Origin: Bdellovibrionales bacterium
Lineage (GTDB): Bacteria; Bdellovibrionota; Bdellovibrionia; Bdellovibrionales; JAGQZY01
NCBI GenBank assembly: GCA_964230645.1
Contig: CAXRHT010000002.1
Coordinates: 1,632,001-1,696,000, forward strand
DNA length: 64,000 nucleotides
Direction: 5' to 3'
How positions within the stretch are numbered: the first letter of the stretch is position 1; each line of letters begins with the position of its first letter. Position numbers and translations under genes: made by a program. Shown here in pieces: positions 48,269-58,822 of the stretch. A model generated the notes under the pieces. That model saw only the letters and a program-made list of their open reading frames with translations. It searched no databases and was not told the origin of the DNA.

Positions 48269-50512
48269 TTGATGAGTTTCAAGTTTTCTGACAATAAGGT
48301 CATTGTAGGACTAATCATTGCCTTGGCATTACAAATAGTGATTTTGTTTTGGCATTTAGGCTGGATTCCGCTTTTTTCCTCTCAATCTATGAGTGAGGGG
48401 AAAGAGGCTGGCTATGTAGACTCACTCGACAACACCCTCAAGAAACGACCTATAAACAATTTGATTTGGACAAGGGCCAACGAAAAAGAAAAGGTCTATT
48501 TTCACGATTCTCTCCTAACCCTTAGCCAGAGTCAGGCGAGCGTTCATCTTGATAATGGTACTGAGATCAAACTCTCTGAAAACACCCTTATTACCATTGA
48601 ACCTCCCTCCCAAGATTCCCCAGAGGAAATCAAAATCCAATTTTCTAAAGGACATTTGCAAACTCGCAATCCGTTCAAAAAGTCTCAAATCAAAGATGAA
48701 CAGATGACTTTAAGCATTAAAAAAGACAGCCAGGTCGACTTTAGTAAAAATGAGAAAGGAGACTATGAAGTGGTTGTTAAAAAAGGAGAGGCCCAGGTTC
48801 TTACTCCAAAGGCTGAAGAAACTTTATTACAAAACCAAGTCTTAACTTTTTCCAAAGACAAAGTTCTAAAGAAAATGGAAATTGATATAACACTCACCTG
48901 GAAAGGTGGTAAAAAAGATCGCTTCTATACTCATGACAAAAGCTCTCGTGTTGAGCTTTTCTGGAAAGGGAAGGCCGATGAACTTATCTTAAAAACTAAG
49001 AAGGGAATTTTCAAAAGAATTAGCGTTGATTCCTCGCTTGAGAAAAAAAGTTTTCAATTGCCCCTTGGAGACTATCAGGCCTTATTAAAAAAGGAGAGTC
49101 GACAGAGTTTACGAAAAGCAGTGGAAGTTCGCCAAGCGCCTGTAATTCACCTCTTAAGACCAAGACCGAGAGACCGAGTAAGGATCGGAAAGGTTGGTTT
49201 TCAGTGGGAAGAAGCGGAGAATGTAAAAGCCTACGAGCTACAACTAAAAGGCGAGCAAACAAACAAACAAATAAAAGTAGGGAGTTCCACTCAAGAGGTC
49301 ACTCTTGAAAAAGAGGACTTCCTCGATTGGGAAGTTTGGGGAATAGATAAGGAGGGCTTTAAGGTACCACCTCCCTATTCCTACCCTCTTTATATAAGAA
49401 AGAGTCTTTTCGCACCCCCGAAAACAAAAAAACCAAAGACTATCAAAAAACGTCAAGGAGCTTGGTACGATTGGATTTTCCCCCCTCTTTATGCAGAAAC
49501 TCCAGAAGTCGCTCTTTTAAGCTGGGAGAAAATTGAGTTTGCTGAGATTTACACAGTTGAAATCTCAACATCTAAAACTTTTAGGGAACTCGTCCACAAG
49601 GTTGAAGTCTCAAAAAACCGTTATGAGTTTAAAGAGGCTACGAAAGATCAAACTTATTACTGGCGAGTGGCTGCCGGTGACAGGCAAGGAAACATGGGTG
49701 CTTTTTCCGAGCCGGCTATAGTTAGCTGGGTAAGCATTGAGGAGCCCAAGCCTAAACTTCATCGAAAGAAAGCGGTTAAAACCAAAAAGAAACCAATCCC
49801 CCTAAAAACGAGTCGAAAAAAAGAGGAGAAAGCAAAAAAGACCTCTCCTCAAGCAAAACCAAATAAAATATCGAGAACTAAAGAAGCTAATACTAAAAAG
49901 AAACAAAGCATTCCGTCTAAAGACATTCTGAAGTCTATTTATGTCGCTTACACTCCTCAATATAGCTTAAAACAGTATCAAATGCCTTTAAATACAAGGT
50001 CCTATATTCAAGGCCCAACCACTCTTTCTTTCACGACCCAGTTTAATTTTTCATTGACCGCTAATTTTGATGCTTATCTCCTGGCTAAGTTTGACCAAAG
50101 TGAATATCAACCCACACAAGAAAGCCCCTTTCAAGGCAATATTAAAAGTCGACGTCTGCAAGGTCTTTTGGGAATTGAATCCAAACACAACAAATGGGGA
50201 CTGGCCGCCTTTGTCGCTGATCTGCCGATATCATCGCGTGTAGGTTTTGAGGAAATCACTCTCAATCAATCCCTAGCCTACGGAGCACTTGGTTCTTATC
50301 AGGCCACTCTTTGGGGCTTTGATTATTTTGGTCTATTCGGCCCTAGTTTTACCAACTCGTTTGTGGGAGGCTATACCAGTCATCGTTTCCTCTACCCTGT
50401 CTTTTATGAATCTTTAAAGTTGGGTTGGGAGCTTGAAGGGTTTTACCATACAGAGGGCTCGCAGAGTTCCACGATTTTCAATTTTAACATTCATCTCGGT
50501 TGGGAGTTTTAA
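48269..50512 (+). CDS. FecR-domain protein with Ig/FN3-like domains and probable C-terminal beta-barrel
   Basis: DSLLT..ASVHLDNGTEIKLSENTLI; YYWRVAA; ends HLGWEF. Confidence 0.7.
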   Translation: MMSFKFSDNKVIVGLIIALALQIVILFWHLGWIPLFSSQSMSEGKEAGYVDSLDNTLKKRPINNLIWTRANEKEKVYFHDSLLTLSQSQASVHLDNGTEIKLSENTLITIEPPSQDSPEEIKIQFSKGHLQTRNPFKKSQIKDEQMTLSIKKDSQVDFSKNEKGDYEVVVKKGEAQVLTPKAEETLLQNQVLTFSKDKVLKKMEIDITLTWKGGKKDRFYTHDKSSRVELFWKGKADELILKTKKGIFKRISVDSSLEKKSFQLPLGDYQALLKKESRQSLRKAVEVRQAPVIHLLRPRPRDRVRIGKVGFQWEEAENVKAYELQLKGEQTNKQIKVGSSTQEVTLEKEDFLDWEVWGIDKEGFKVPPPYSYPLYIRKSLFAPPKTKKPKTIKKRQGAWYDWIFPPLYAETPEVALLSWEKIEFAEIYTVEISTSKTFRELVHKVEVSKNRYEFKEATKDQTYYWRVAAGDRQGNMGAFSEPAIVSWVSIEEPKPKLHRKKAVKTKKKPIPLKTSRKKEEKAKKTSPQAKPNKISRTKEANTKKKQSIPSKDILKSIYVAYTPQYSLKQYQMPLNTRSYIQGPTTLSFTTQFNFSLTANFDAYLLAKFDQSEYQPTQESPFQGNIKSRRLQGLLGIESKHNKWGLAAFVADLPISSRVGFEEITLNQSLAYGALGSYQATLWGFDYFGLFGPSFTNSFVGGYTSHRFLYPVFYESLKLGWELEGFYHTEGSQSSTIFNFNIHLGWEF

Positions 50513-52104
50513 TTTTTTTGCTTTTTGAGCTGTCTTGATAGACCGAAGACGACAACCATAGGCAATAGAAGAAAAATAAAGAAAGCTCCCGTGGGTGGTT
50601 TGGTATTTTTCACCCTCCCGCAACCGGCAGCTTCAAAATCAAATTGGGTTCTGTTCCCAGGCTCATAAAGAATATTGACACTCTCAATGGTAGCTGGATT
50701 ATTGGCATCTACGGATTCAATAAAGACTCGCGCTTTTAAGTACCGTTTCCTTTTGAGTCTTGAAAGATCTGTGGTCCACCCTGTGTCATCATTTTCGAAA
50801 TTGTCCTCACTCCCTGAAACTTCCCAACTTACTTCAGATGAGGAGGGAAGAACCTGAACAGCTTGAATATCTGTCAATGTGTTTTGTAAATCAAAAGTTA
50901 TAGACTCAGCACTTTGCCTGTTGGTGGAATATTCAACCACACCAGGTGCAATGGTTTGCTCAGCCGGTTGATAAAACCCCCCGCCTTCAAGGTTATAGCC
51001 AACGCTTGAAAACCAGTTACGAGCGCGGCCTCCGTTGCCTCCAGAGTCAGTGCCATTGCTTCCACCAATTCCTGCTTGAGAGATCACAACCCCTCCAGCC
51101 ACATTGTTATAAATTTCAATGTTTCGACCAGCTAAAACTTGCACAGAGCCAGCACCGCCTCCGCCACCTGCTCCACCGCTTGTAGCTGTTGAGTTTCCAC
51201 CATCGCCACCATTAACTCGGATGAGCCCATAATTAGACGAAGGAGCTTCTCCAATAAATACATCTTGAACAGCGTGAAGAACCACTAGTCCTCCACCTCC
51301 GCCTCCACCAGCACCCGGCTGAGTTCCAAGGCCCGAGGCACCACCGCCTCCTCCGGCTGAGCCGAACATATTATCAAACCCTGGATCACTCAGCGTCGGA
51401 CCCGCTAAGCCAAAAGGAGAAAGGGCCGTATCAGCATTCGTGGCAGGGCTTGAGTCATTCCAAGAAGCTCCTCCTCCACCATCCATCGCTGCGCTACTGG
51501 AACTTCCCCTTTTACCACCTTCTAAAACAACAACGAAATTATCATCATTATCTAAATATCCAACATTTACTCCGTTCTCGGCGTCCTCTAGATTTGTTCC
51601 CCCATTTCCTCCGCGAGTGCCACCACAGCGACCGGCCCCACCTTCTCCAGGGGCAGCCAGGGTGGCATCCTCACCGTTTTCACCGTGACACCATATTTCA
51701 CCCATAATTTGAATATTGGTTTGCGATTGTATGACCAGGGGTTGATTTCCAATCACTTCAAGAATCCAACCTTGTGCTAAAACAAAATTTGTTACTTGCA
51801 TTGGAGTAAAACGACTAGAATCCAACCTAATTCGGTTTCCTGAAAGATCGCCATCCACACTAAATTGTGAGTAGTTGGCTGGTACAAAAGCTCCATGACG
51901 TCCGTCACCCACCTGCAAAGAAAATTCATTGGCTCCACTATAATTCACAGCCTTTAGGGTCGGGTGAACAAATCCAAGAGCCTGGTTCAATACCAGTTGT
52001 GTGTTTTCTGCTCTGACTTGACTGGGGTTTGTTATTTCCCAGCTTTTTACGGCCGCGTGAAGTGGCTGAATTATGAAAAAAGCAATGAGAAATAAATATT
52101 TCAT
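50509..52104 (-). CDS. Glycine-rich surface protein with C-terminal GCG-TM-basic sorting tail
   Basis: Signal peptide; GGxG runs; AAGCGRV..FFIFLLLPMVVVFGLSRQLKK. Confidence 0.7.
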   Translation of the reverse strand: MKYLFLIAFFIIQPLHAAVKSWEITNPSQVRAENTQLVLNQALGFVHPTLKAVNYSGANEFSLQVGDGRHGAFVPANYSQFSVDGDLSGNRIRLDSSRFTPMQVTNFVLAQGWILEVIGNQPLVIQSQTNIQIMGEIWCHGENGEDATLAAPGEGGAGRCGGTRGGNGGTNLEDAENGVNVGYLDNDDNFVVVLEGGKRGSSSSAAMDGGGGASWNDSSPATNADTALSPFGLAGPTLSDPGFDNMFGSAGGGGGASGLGTQPGAGGGGGGGLVVLHAVQDVFIGEAPSSNYGLIRVNGGDGGNSTATSGGAGGGGGAGSVQVLAGRNIEIYNNVAGGVVISQAGIGGSNGTDSGGNGGRARNWFSSVGYNLEGGGFYQPAEQTIAPGVVEYSTNRQSAESITFDLQNTLTDIQAVQVLPSSSEVSWEVSGSEDNFENDDTGWTTDLSRLKRKRYLKARVFIESVDANNPATIESVNILYEPGNRTQFDFEAAGCGRVKNTKPPTGAFFIFLLLPMVVVFGLSRQLKKQKN

Positions 52105-52544
52105 GCCGATTCTTTTTTTCCTTTGGGCTCGCCAAAAAGGACAGTAATTACCTTTTTTCTTAAAACTTCGGATTGAAATGGTTTAACTATATAGGCATCG
52201 ACGTTGTACTTAGCGGCCTGAGAAATCTTAAGACGCTCTTGAGTTTGCTGAGCGGTAACCATAATAAACGGCATGTTTTTATATTCCTCAGCACCACGGA
52301 CCGCCCTTAATAAAGTCAGTCCATCGGCGACAGGCATATCCCAATCACATAGAACGAGGGAAACTTCCTGAGAGGAGTCTTTGATTTTCTTAAAACCCTC
52401 GACACCATTGGATGCATGTAGGAAACGTTGAAAACCTAAACCGCGAAGATTTTGGACGATAATATCTCGGATAAGCTTATCATCATCGACGATTAATACG
52501 GTCATTTCGCGAATCTTTGAAGTATTCACATTCAAATCATCCAT
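52101..52544 (-). CDS. Single-domain CheY-like response regulator
   Basis: IVDDD, CDWDMP, MVTA, VKPF. Confidence 0.92.
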   Translation of the reverse strand: MDDLNVNTSKIREMTVLIVDDDKLIRDIIVQNLRGLGFQRFLHASNGVEGFKKIKDSSQEVSLVLCDWDMPVADGLTLLRAVRGAEEYKNMPFIMVTAQQTQERLKISQAAKYNVDAYIVKPFQSEVLRKKVITVLFGEPKGKKESA

Positions 52545-53810
52545 TTAGACCTCCCTCATCTGAGGTATTGATATATCAATTTGCAATCCCCCTTCGGGGT
52601 GGTTTGAAATTTTAAATTCACCTTGATGATCAATTTCTACAATCTCTTTACAGATCGCCAGTCCCAAACCACTTCCTTCAGCCCCTTTCGTTGTAAAAAG
52701 AGGTTCTTGTACTTTTTCTAAAAGGTTTTCTGGCACACCCGGACCCGTATCTCTAATGGAGATATGAGCCACAGAATCTGTTTCCTTTAACGAAAGTTCA
52801 ATGTCCCCCCCTTGGGGAAGTGCGTGAATAGAATTAATAAAAAGATTAGCGAAAACCTGAATGAGGGAGTTTTTTTCCACTTCACAGGAACATTTCTGCC
52901 ACTCTTTTTTGGTGACATTGATTCTATGACGACGAAAACGAAACTCCATCAGTTCGAGAGCCTCGTCAAAAATGTTCTGGAGATTTTCTATTCGATACTC
53001 TTTGGCGGCTTCTTCTGAATGATTGAGATTACGAAAGCTTTTTAGTACAGAAGCGGCCGTTTGGCCCGCTTTCAAGATGATATCAAGAGACTTTTTAACT
53101 TCCTCTGAATTATCAGAGGATTGCGCAATTTCAGTGTGACCAATAATGTGAGTTAACAGGTTTCCAAACTCATGGGCGACACTTCTTCCAATCGCAGCAA
53201 TAGCATTATGCTTTTCGCTCGCTAATAAAAGTTGATGAGCCACATCCAGTCGTTCGGCTTGCCACTCCTTGAGCCTATTGAGATCCCAAAGACTTGTCAC
53301 ATTTCTTGCCTTCTGTAATATCTCACCGTCGGAAAAAGGTTTATTAACATAATCCCACCTTTCTCTAGACTCCTCTCCAAGAAAGGTACCAATAGAGTCC
53401 ACGCTACGGTCGTGATAAGCGGTAACAAAAACGGCGTACAAATTGGGGTCAACGGCAAAGACCTCTTTAACAAGCTCAATACCATCAATATCAGCCCCGA
53501 GCATCACATCAAAAAATCCCATGGCAAATGGATCATCCTCTTTTACGGCCTTTTTTATCTCGGCAATAGCTTCCGAAGGAGAATGGACCACGACCACTTC
53601 AAATTCGCTTTTTGCTGTTTGCTCATCCTGCTTTTTTCGACGAGAGGAACGAAATTTCACCACATTGCTATCTTGAGGAGAAAGAATTTGTTGAATACCT
53701 TTGGCAATTTCAGGCTCGTCATCGACGACAAGTATGCGTCGATTGGGAACCGGGGAATTGACCGGGATCAGATTTTTTTGATCTTTTAAGAGCTTGGCTG
53801 CGTTAGTCAT
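52545..53810 (-). CDS. Hybrid receiver-histidine kinase
   Basis: VVDDE..FFDV..VTAY..NKPF; AHEFGN, DTGPG, GSGLGL. Confidence 0.9.
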   Translation of the reverse strand: MTNAAKLLKDQKNLIPVNSPVPNRRILVVDDEPEIAKGIQQILSPQDSNVVKFRSSRRKKQDEQTAKSEFEVVVVHSPSEAIAEIKKAVKEDDPFAMGFFDVMLGADIDGIELVKEVFAVDPNLYAVFVTAYHDRSVDSIGTFLGEESRERWDYVNKPFSDGEILQKARNVTSLWDLNRLKEWQAERLDVAHQLLLASEKHNAIAAIGRSVAHEFGNLLTHIIGHTEIAQSSDNSEEVKKSLDIILKAGQTAASVLKSFRNLNHSEEAAKEYRIENLQNIFDEALELMEFRFRRHRINVTKKEWQKCSCEVEKNSLIQVFANLFINSIHALPQGGDIELSLKETDSVAHISIRDTGPGVPENLLEKVQEPLFTTKGAEGSGLGLAICKEIVEIDHQGEFKISNHPEGGLQIDISIPQMREV

Positions 53811-55885
53811 GCGACGTCCTTTCTTTCAAGGCACTCACTGAGAGGGAGCTGAATTTCAAAAATGGTTTCTTTACTTGAAGGTTTAAAAACAATATCTCCA
53901 TCATAGGAACGTAGGAAGCGACGAGAGATACTGAGCCCCAGGCCTGTACCTTCCTCTGAGGATTTGGTCGTAAAATTTGTTGTGAAAAGCTTTTTTTGGT
54001 TTTCTTTGGAAACACCTAAACCGTTGTCGATAATCTGAATTTTTAATTGATCGTCTTCAATAAAAGTACTCACCTGTACCCAGTACTCCTCTTTCAGTCC
54101 TCGAGTAAGACGAGCTTCCATTAAAGCCTGAAGAGAATTTCTCATGAGATTTGTGACAGCTTGGATAAACTCGTCACGATCGAGTATTACGATGGGATCC
54201 TGATCGAGAAATGTTTTTTTGATTTTAAAGCGTTGTTGATCGAAAAGATCCGCCATAATATAGCAACAATCATTAAGAAGATCATGGACGTTTTCTTTCT
54301 TAGAAACAGCATTGGTATTTCCAAGGCGCCTCATGCCGTGAATGATCTTTCCTATTCGGTCGCCCTCTTCTTTTATGAACTTCATATCCCGGGTCATCTC
54401 ATCTATTTGTCCCTCTAAGGAGGTTCGAATGGCATTGAGATTACCCATGTCTTCTAAGAAGATATTCTTTTCTTTTTCGATATCAGATGGGGCTTGCCAA
54501 CTTTCGACAAGCTTTGGAAAGCCGCCGTCCTGGTAGTCCTCAAGCCAAGCCTCTTCCAATTCAGATAATACTTCCACTGGCTCTTTGTAGTGACTGGATA
54601 CTTTCTTTTCAACAAGTCCCACTCGAGTTAAAAGACTTGTGAGCGGATTGAGAACCTCATGAGCTGTACGACCGGCCACTTCCCCCATCGAGGCCAACCG
54701 GGCTGTTCGAATAAGTGCCTCCTGAGCTTCACTTACTTTTTGATTTTGTATTTCTAATTCTGCGGTTCTTTCTCGCACCTTTTTATCCAATTCACGGTTC
54801 ATAACTTCAAGTTCATCACGAGAGCGCTTAAGATCAGCGATCATCTTATTAAAAGATTGACCTAAACTCACCGTCTCGTCCCGACCTTTTAGAGCGATGG
54901 GAGATTCTAAATCACCGCCAGAGGCATCCTTCATACGCTTTGCTAGAAGCGCTACATTCTCGGTCAATGTCTTCGACAATAGAAAGGCCGCTATAATCAC
55001 CATGGTCAGAACGATCGATCCAAAAAGGAGTGTCCGTACCGTTAACGACTTCACCACCTGGAAAACCTTCTCCTCTGGGGCGCGCGCAAAAACCATGACT
55101 TGATCTTGATAAGCCTTTGAATAAGCCGAGAGCCAGCCTTTTCCGTTTTCTTCTATGTGAGTGACACTGGTTTTAACACTCGAAGATTTAGCTTTTTTAA
55201 AAAGAATAGAGTTCGTTAATTTTGGGCGCCCAACAAGCTTTTCCACATTTTTTTGAACAAGAACCTCTCCCTCTTGATTCGTAATTTTAATATCACTGAT
55301 ATTGAGTAAAGAGATCGACTGTAAAAAACTATCCACTTTCAGATAAGCCACCAAAATTTTTTGACTCACCGGTCGCCCCTCTTCGTTGAGAACAAGAACC
55401 CTTTTTCCAAAAGCTAATAATGGGGGGAATCCCTCAAAACTGGAATTCCAAATTTTTTCTTTTTCTTTTGAAAAAGCTAATATCTTGTCTCTATCGGTGT
55501 AAACCTTTTTCCTTAGCTCCTCTTGGTCGACGCCATAGGTCTCGAAATATTCGTTTTTATAATAAGCGTTTTCTATGGAAGCCCCTTGGCTCGCAAAGGA
55601 AAAAAGAGCTATGACCTCTGAGTCTGCGTTGAAAATGCGACCAATAAGGTTTTTCTTCTCAGCGTCTGGGAGTTTAGCAAACAAGTGAAGTGTTTCGGCC
55701 ACCGACTTTAAACGCACATTGATTTCTGTGGAGAGATTACTCACCTGGCTTTTATTAAGATCGTAAACAAGCTGTGTCTTATCTGTTTTAAATACTGTGA
55801 TCGACATAAAAAGATAAAAGGACAAACAGATTAAGAGCAGCCCACTCATTACAATCAGAAATTTGGTCCGAATCGAAAATGTCAC
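53807..55885 (-). CDS. Membrane sensor histidine kinase (periplasmic Cache-like + HAMP)
   Basis: Two TM segments, HAMP GRDETVSLGQSFNKM, AHEVLNPL, DNGLG, GTGLGL. Confidence 0.92.
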   Translation of the reverse strand: MTFSIRTKFLIVMSGLLLICLSFYLFMSITVFKTDKTQLVYDLNKSQVSNLSTEINVRLKSVAETLHLFAKLPDAEKKNLIGRIFNADSEVIALFSFASQGASIENAYYKNEYFETYGVDQEELRKKVYTDRDKILAFSKEKEKIWNSSFEGFPPLLAFGKRVLVLNEEGRPVSQKILVAYLKVDSFLQSISLLNISDIKITNQEGEVLVQKNVEKLVGRPKLTNSILFKKAKSSSVKTSVTHIEENGKGWLSAYSKAYQDQVMVFARAPEEKVFQVVKSLTVRTLLFGSIVLTMVIIAAFLLSKTLTENVALLAKRMKDASGGDLESPIALKGRDETVSLGQSFNKMIADLKRSRDELEVMNRELDKKVRERTAELEIQNQKVSEAQEALIRTARLASMGEVAGRTAHEVLNPLTSLLTRVGLVEKKVSSHYKEPVEVLSELEEAWLEDYQDGGFPKLVESWQAPSDIEKEKNIFLEDMGNLNAIRTSLEGQIDEMTRDMKFIKEEGDRIGKIIHGMRRLGNTNAVSKKENVHDLLNDCCYIMADLFDQQRFKIKKTFLDQDPIVILDRDEFIQAVTNLMRNSLQALMEARLTRGLKEEYWVQVSTFIEDDQLKIQIIDNGLGVSKENQKKLFTTNFTTKSSEEGTGLGLSISRRFLRSYDGDIVFKPSSKETIFEIQLPLSECLERKDVA

Positions 55886-55944
55886 AATCTATCTCCTTGA
55901 TATCTTTTCGGATTTTTTGAATTTCCTCTTGAAATTTATTGTGA

Positions 55945-57156
55945 CTAACGAGGGGTCCTGAAGGCACTCTCTGCACTTTGGACCTGCTGACCGTCTTCCG
56001 ACTCCGATAAAGCTCTCACTGAATAGAGAGTATTGGGGGACAGACCTGAGAAAACCATACTATGGTCAGTCTTAAGTACATTATCCAAAGTGGACAATGT
56101 GATCTCACCAGTTGAGATATTTTTTATCTCAAGTTGAGAGGAGGCCTGAAGGCTTGTCTTCCAAACCACGTGAACCTCAGTTCTAGTGGTTGAGAGCACG
56201 CTAAAGTTTGTTAGCAACAACGGCTCCTCAGCGGCACATGGGTTACTCGCTTGCTCTGGGAACAAAAAGTTTTCGTTGGCCAAAGGTTTCCAACCTCTTT
56301 CGAGAAGTTCGTAATAACGCACAGTAGGCTCACTAGGGACTTGGGTGGAATCAAAAAAGCGAGCGTTACCGGCCTGGCCGCACTCGATATCTCCTGCGGG
56401 TGAATTCGGGTCAACTCCTTCTGGCATTTTTCTCCACAGAACATTTAGAGCGATATGGTAGCGAGGACCTTGAAAATATGTGAGAACGATATCTTTTTTC
56501 GTATCCTTATCCATATAAATCGATCGAACAGCACATCCCATCCTTGTGGATGTTTGTTCGCCATTATCAACAATTACCTCTTCTGAACCGTCAGGAAGTC
56601 TTTCAACAATTTTAGATCCATCATCGGAGAGAACGGCCATTTGATACCAGCCGGGCTCCTCATTTTCCGCAAGCATGAGTTGCGACTCAAGTCTAAGAGC
56701 AAAGTACTCGTAAATTGGCTCATCATTCTGGTTGAGAACAAGAGTGCCATCTTGGGTATAAAAGCCAAGATCAAAAGCTCTGGTGGGAATATAAAGTCGG
56801 TCGAAATAAACCGTGCTCTGAATGGGATGTCCGTTTTCAATATAGTCATCCACATGAGTGTAACGAGGCTGGTCGTCTTTTAAAAAAAGAAGATGCCCCA
56901 CAAGACCACGATCCCGTGCCGAAGATCCCGCTTCAAAGGGGTCACACACAGTGCGCTCAGGAGGAGTCAGTGGTGGAGGCGGAACTTCTCCCGGCTCGGC
57001 CACAACTTCAGTTTCACCTTCACTTCCACCCCCCTCATTCAAACAACCTGTTAACACAAGCATCTGCATCATAAGTATTGAGGGAACAAATATGGAAATG
57101 AAGAGATTTAGTAAAGGACGTCCAGCATACTTCTTCATCACCTCTAATTGTAGCAA
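55945..57156 (-). CDS. Lipoprotein with PA14-like and FN3-like domains
   Basis: Lipobox LTGC; YQMAVLSDDGS, YFQGPRYHIAL; GLSPNTLYSVR. Confidence 0.7.
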   Translation of the reverse strand: MLQLEVMKKYAGRPLLNLFISIFVPSILMMQMLVLTGCLNEGGGSEGETEVVAEPGEVPPPPLTPPERTVCDPFEAGSSARDRGLVGHLLFLKDDQPRYTHVDDYIENGHPIQSTVYFDRLYIPTRAFDLGFYTQDGTLVLNQNDEPIYEYFALRLESQLMLAENEEPGWYQMAVLSDDGSKIVERLPDGSEEVIVDNGEQTSTRMGCAVRSIYMDKDTKKDIVLTYFQGPRYHIALNVLWRKMPEGVDPNSPAGDIECGQAGNARFFDSTQVPSEPTVRYYELLERGWKPLANENFLFPEQASNPCAAEEPLLLTNFSVLSTTRTEVHVVWKTSLQASSQLEIKNISTGEITLSTLDNVLKTDHSMVFSGLSPNTLYSVRALSESEDGQQVQSAESAFRTPR

Positions 57157-57299
57157 GAGTTTCGTAAATTAGTGGTGAACTTTTGTTCTAGTTGTATCAT
57201 TCTGAATACAATTGACTGATAATTTCACATATCCATATCAACCTGAAACAGGATTAAAATGATTCTTTTAAAGTCGATAGCTTCCACCGATACTTAAGC

Positions 57300-58265
57300 A
57301 TGTATATGGGTGGTTATAGAAAATTAATTTTATTTTTTGGGTGTTTACTTGTTATTCCCGCTTTTCAAAACTGTGCTCCGATGAAAGGTATCGGTTCGGC
57401 CGAGAACAGCTCGTTAAACGCATCTGTTAACTATAAGTCAGTGCAGGCTATTTTAGATTCTCAGTGTCTGGCCTGTCATAGCACGGCGACAGCTTCCAAT
57501 GGAAACGTGGCACTTGATTCCTACCAAAGTGTTTTGGATTCAAATATTGTGGTTGGTGGTAATGCCGAAGCCAGTGCTCTTTACACCTCTGTTGAAAACG
57601 GCAGTATGCCCCAAGGAATGCCGCCTTTAAGCGATGCTGATGTACTAACAATTCGTTCTTGGATAAATGCCGGAGCCCCAGATGGAACCGGTTCTGTCTC
57701 AAACGAAATCCCATCCGTTGATTTAGGAAATGATCGTACAGTTACACTACCGATTAATAGTGTGGAGTTTTTTGCGATCGTTAATGATCCTGACGGAGCC
57801 ATATTAAATTCCCAGTGGACACAACAGAACGGTCCCTCTGTAGCCACTTTAAGTGGCACTAGTACAACGACTTTAACGGTCAGTGATCTTGAAGAAGGTC
57901 TTTATGTTTTCCAACTTATGGTGGAAGACGACCAAGGAGCCATTGTGAGCGAACAAGTGAGTTTAACAGTGATGGCAGACCCTAATCCTCCTGTGACTCC
58001 CACCGTCTTTTTCGCGGCAGACATCCAGCCCATTTTGACAGCGAGCTGTACTGGCTGCCATGGAGGAAACAACCCTTCTGACGACTATAATTTGGAGAGT
58101 TACGCCGGAACAGTGGCTAAGTTTGTAAATCCGGGTAATGCCTCTACTAGTACCCTGTACACAGAAGTACAGAGTGGAAATATGCCCAGGAACGCGGCTC
58201 CGCTAGCACCGGCTGATATTATGAAAATTCAAACTTGGATCAACGAAGGGGCTCTTGACAATTAA
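57300..58265 (+). CDS. Di-heme c-type cytochrome lipoprotein (cyt c-PKD/Ig-cyt c)
   Basis: FQNC lipobox; CLACH..GSMP and CTGCH..GNMP; WTQQNGP..YVFQLMVEDDQG. Confidence 0.8.
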   Translation: MYMGGYRKLILFFGCLLVIPAFQNCAPMKGIGSAENSSLNASVNYKSVQAILDSQCLACHSTATASNGNVALDSYQSVLDSNIVVGGNAEASALYTSVENGSMPQGMPPLSDADVLTIRSWINAGAPDGTGSVSNEIPSVDLGNDRTVTLPINSVEFFAIVNDPDGAILNSQWTQQNGPSVATLSGTSTTTLTVSDLEEGLYVFQLMVEDDQGAIVSEQVSLTVMADPNPPVTPTVFFAADIQPILTASCTGCHGGNNPSDDYNLESYAGTVAKFVNPGNASTSTLYTEVQSGNMPRNAAPLAPADIMKIQTWINEGALDN

Positions 58266-58324
58266 TCGAGAATCTCTTTAATCATCGGGTAGACATCATT
58301 TGACTTTGTCCAGTAGGAGACACC

Positions 58325-58822
58325 ATGGAAGCGCAACAAGAATGGAAAAAATGCAGTTCCTGCAAAACCCCAATTCCCTATAATTCGAAATATTATGTCT
58401 GCAGTGTTTCAAGCTGCAATAATAAACGAACAGGCTACAATTTTTGCAGTGTGAGCTGTTTTGACCAGCATGTTCCAATGGCTCGTCACAAAGATGCCGG
58501 CGCTGTTGAAGAAATGTCTCCTAAAAAGCCTGCACCTGAACCTCCTAAGGGCCGACGCATTATCCCCACTCAAAATAAGCTTTCTAAACCATCAAACAAA
58601 CAGGTTTCAAAAGGTGGCGACGTATTGGTTATTGCCTCTCGCTTAAAAGAGTTCATTAACTCTCAGTCAGAGTTTAATACCTCAGCGGCCGTTATGGATG
58701 TCCTCTCCGATCACATCCGTCATGTGGCGATGCAGGCCATAGACAATGCCAGAGAGGATGGACGGAAAACCGTTATGGATCAGGACTTAAAGTTCCTTGA
58801 AAAACTCAATCTTAATATCTAA
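58325..58822 (+). CDS. Bacterial histone-fold protein with N-terminal ZZ-type zinc finger
   Basis: CSSC..YVCSVSSC..FCSVSCFDQH; C-terminal VLVIASRLKEFI..NTSAAVMDVLS..AREDGRKTVMDQD. Confidence 0.85.
   Translation: MEAQQEWKKCSSCKTPIPYNSKYYVCSVSSCNNKRTGYNFCSVSCFDQHVPMARHKDAGAVEEMSPKKPAPEPPKGRRIIPTQNKLSKPSNKQVSKGGDVLVIASRLKEFINSQSEFNTSAAVMDVLSDHIRHVAMQAIDNAREDGRKTVMDQDLKFLEKLNLNI

Noticed and set aside
50509..52104. Collagen-like protein
   Set aside because: Gly runs are GGxG/poly-G, not sustained Gly-X-Y triplets
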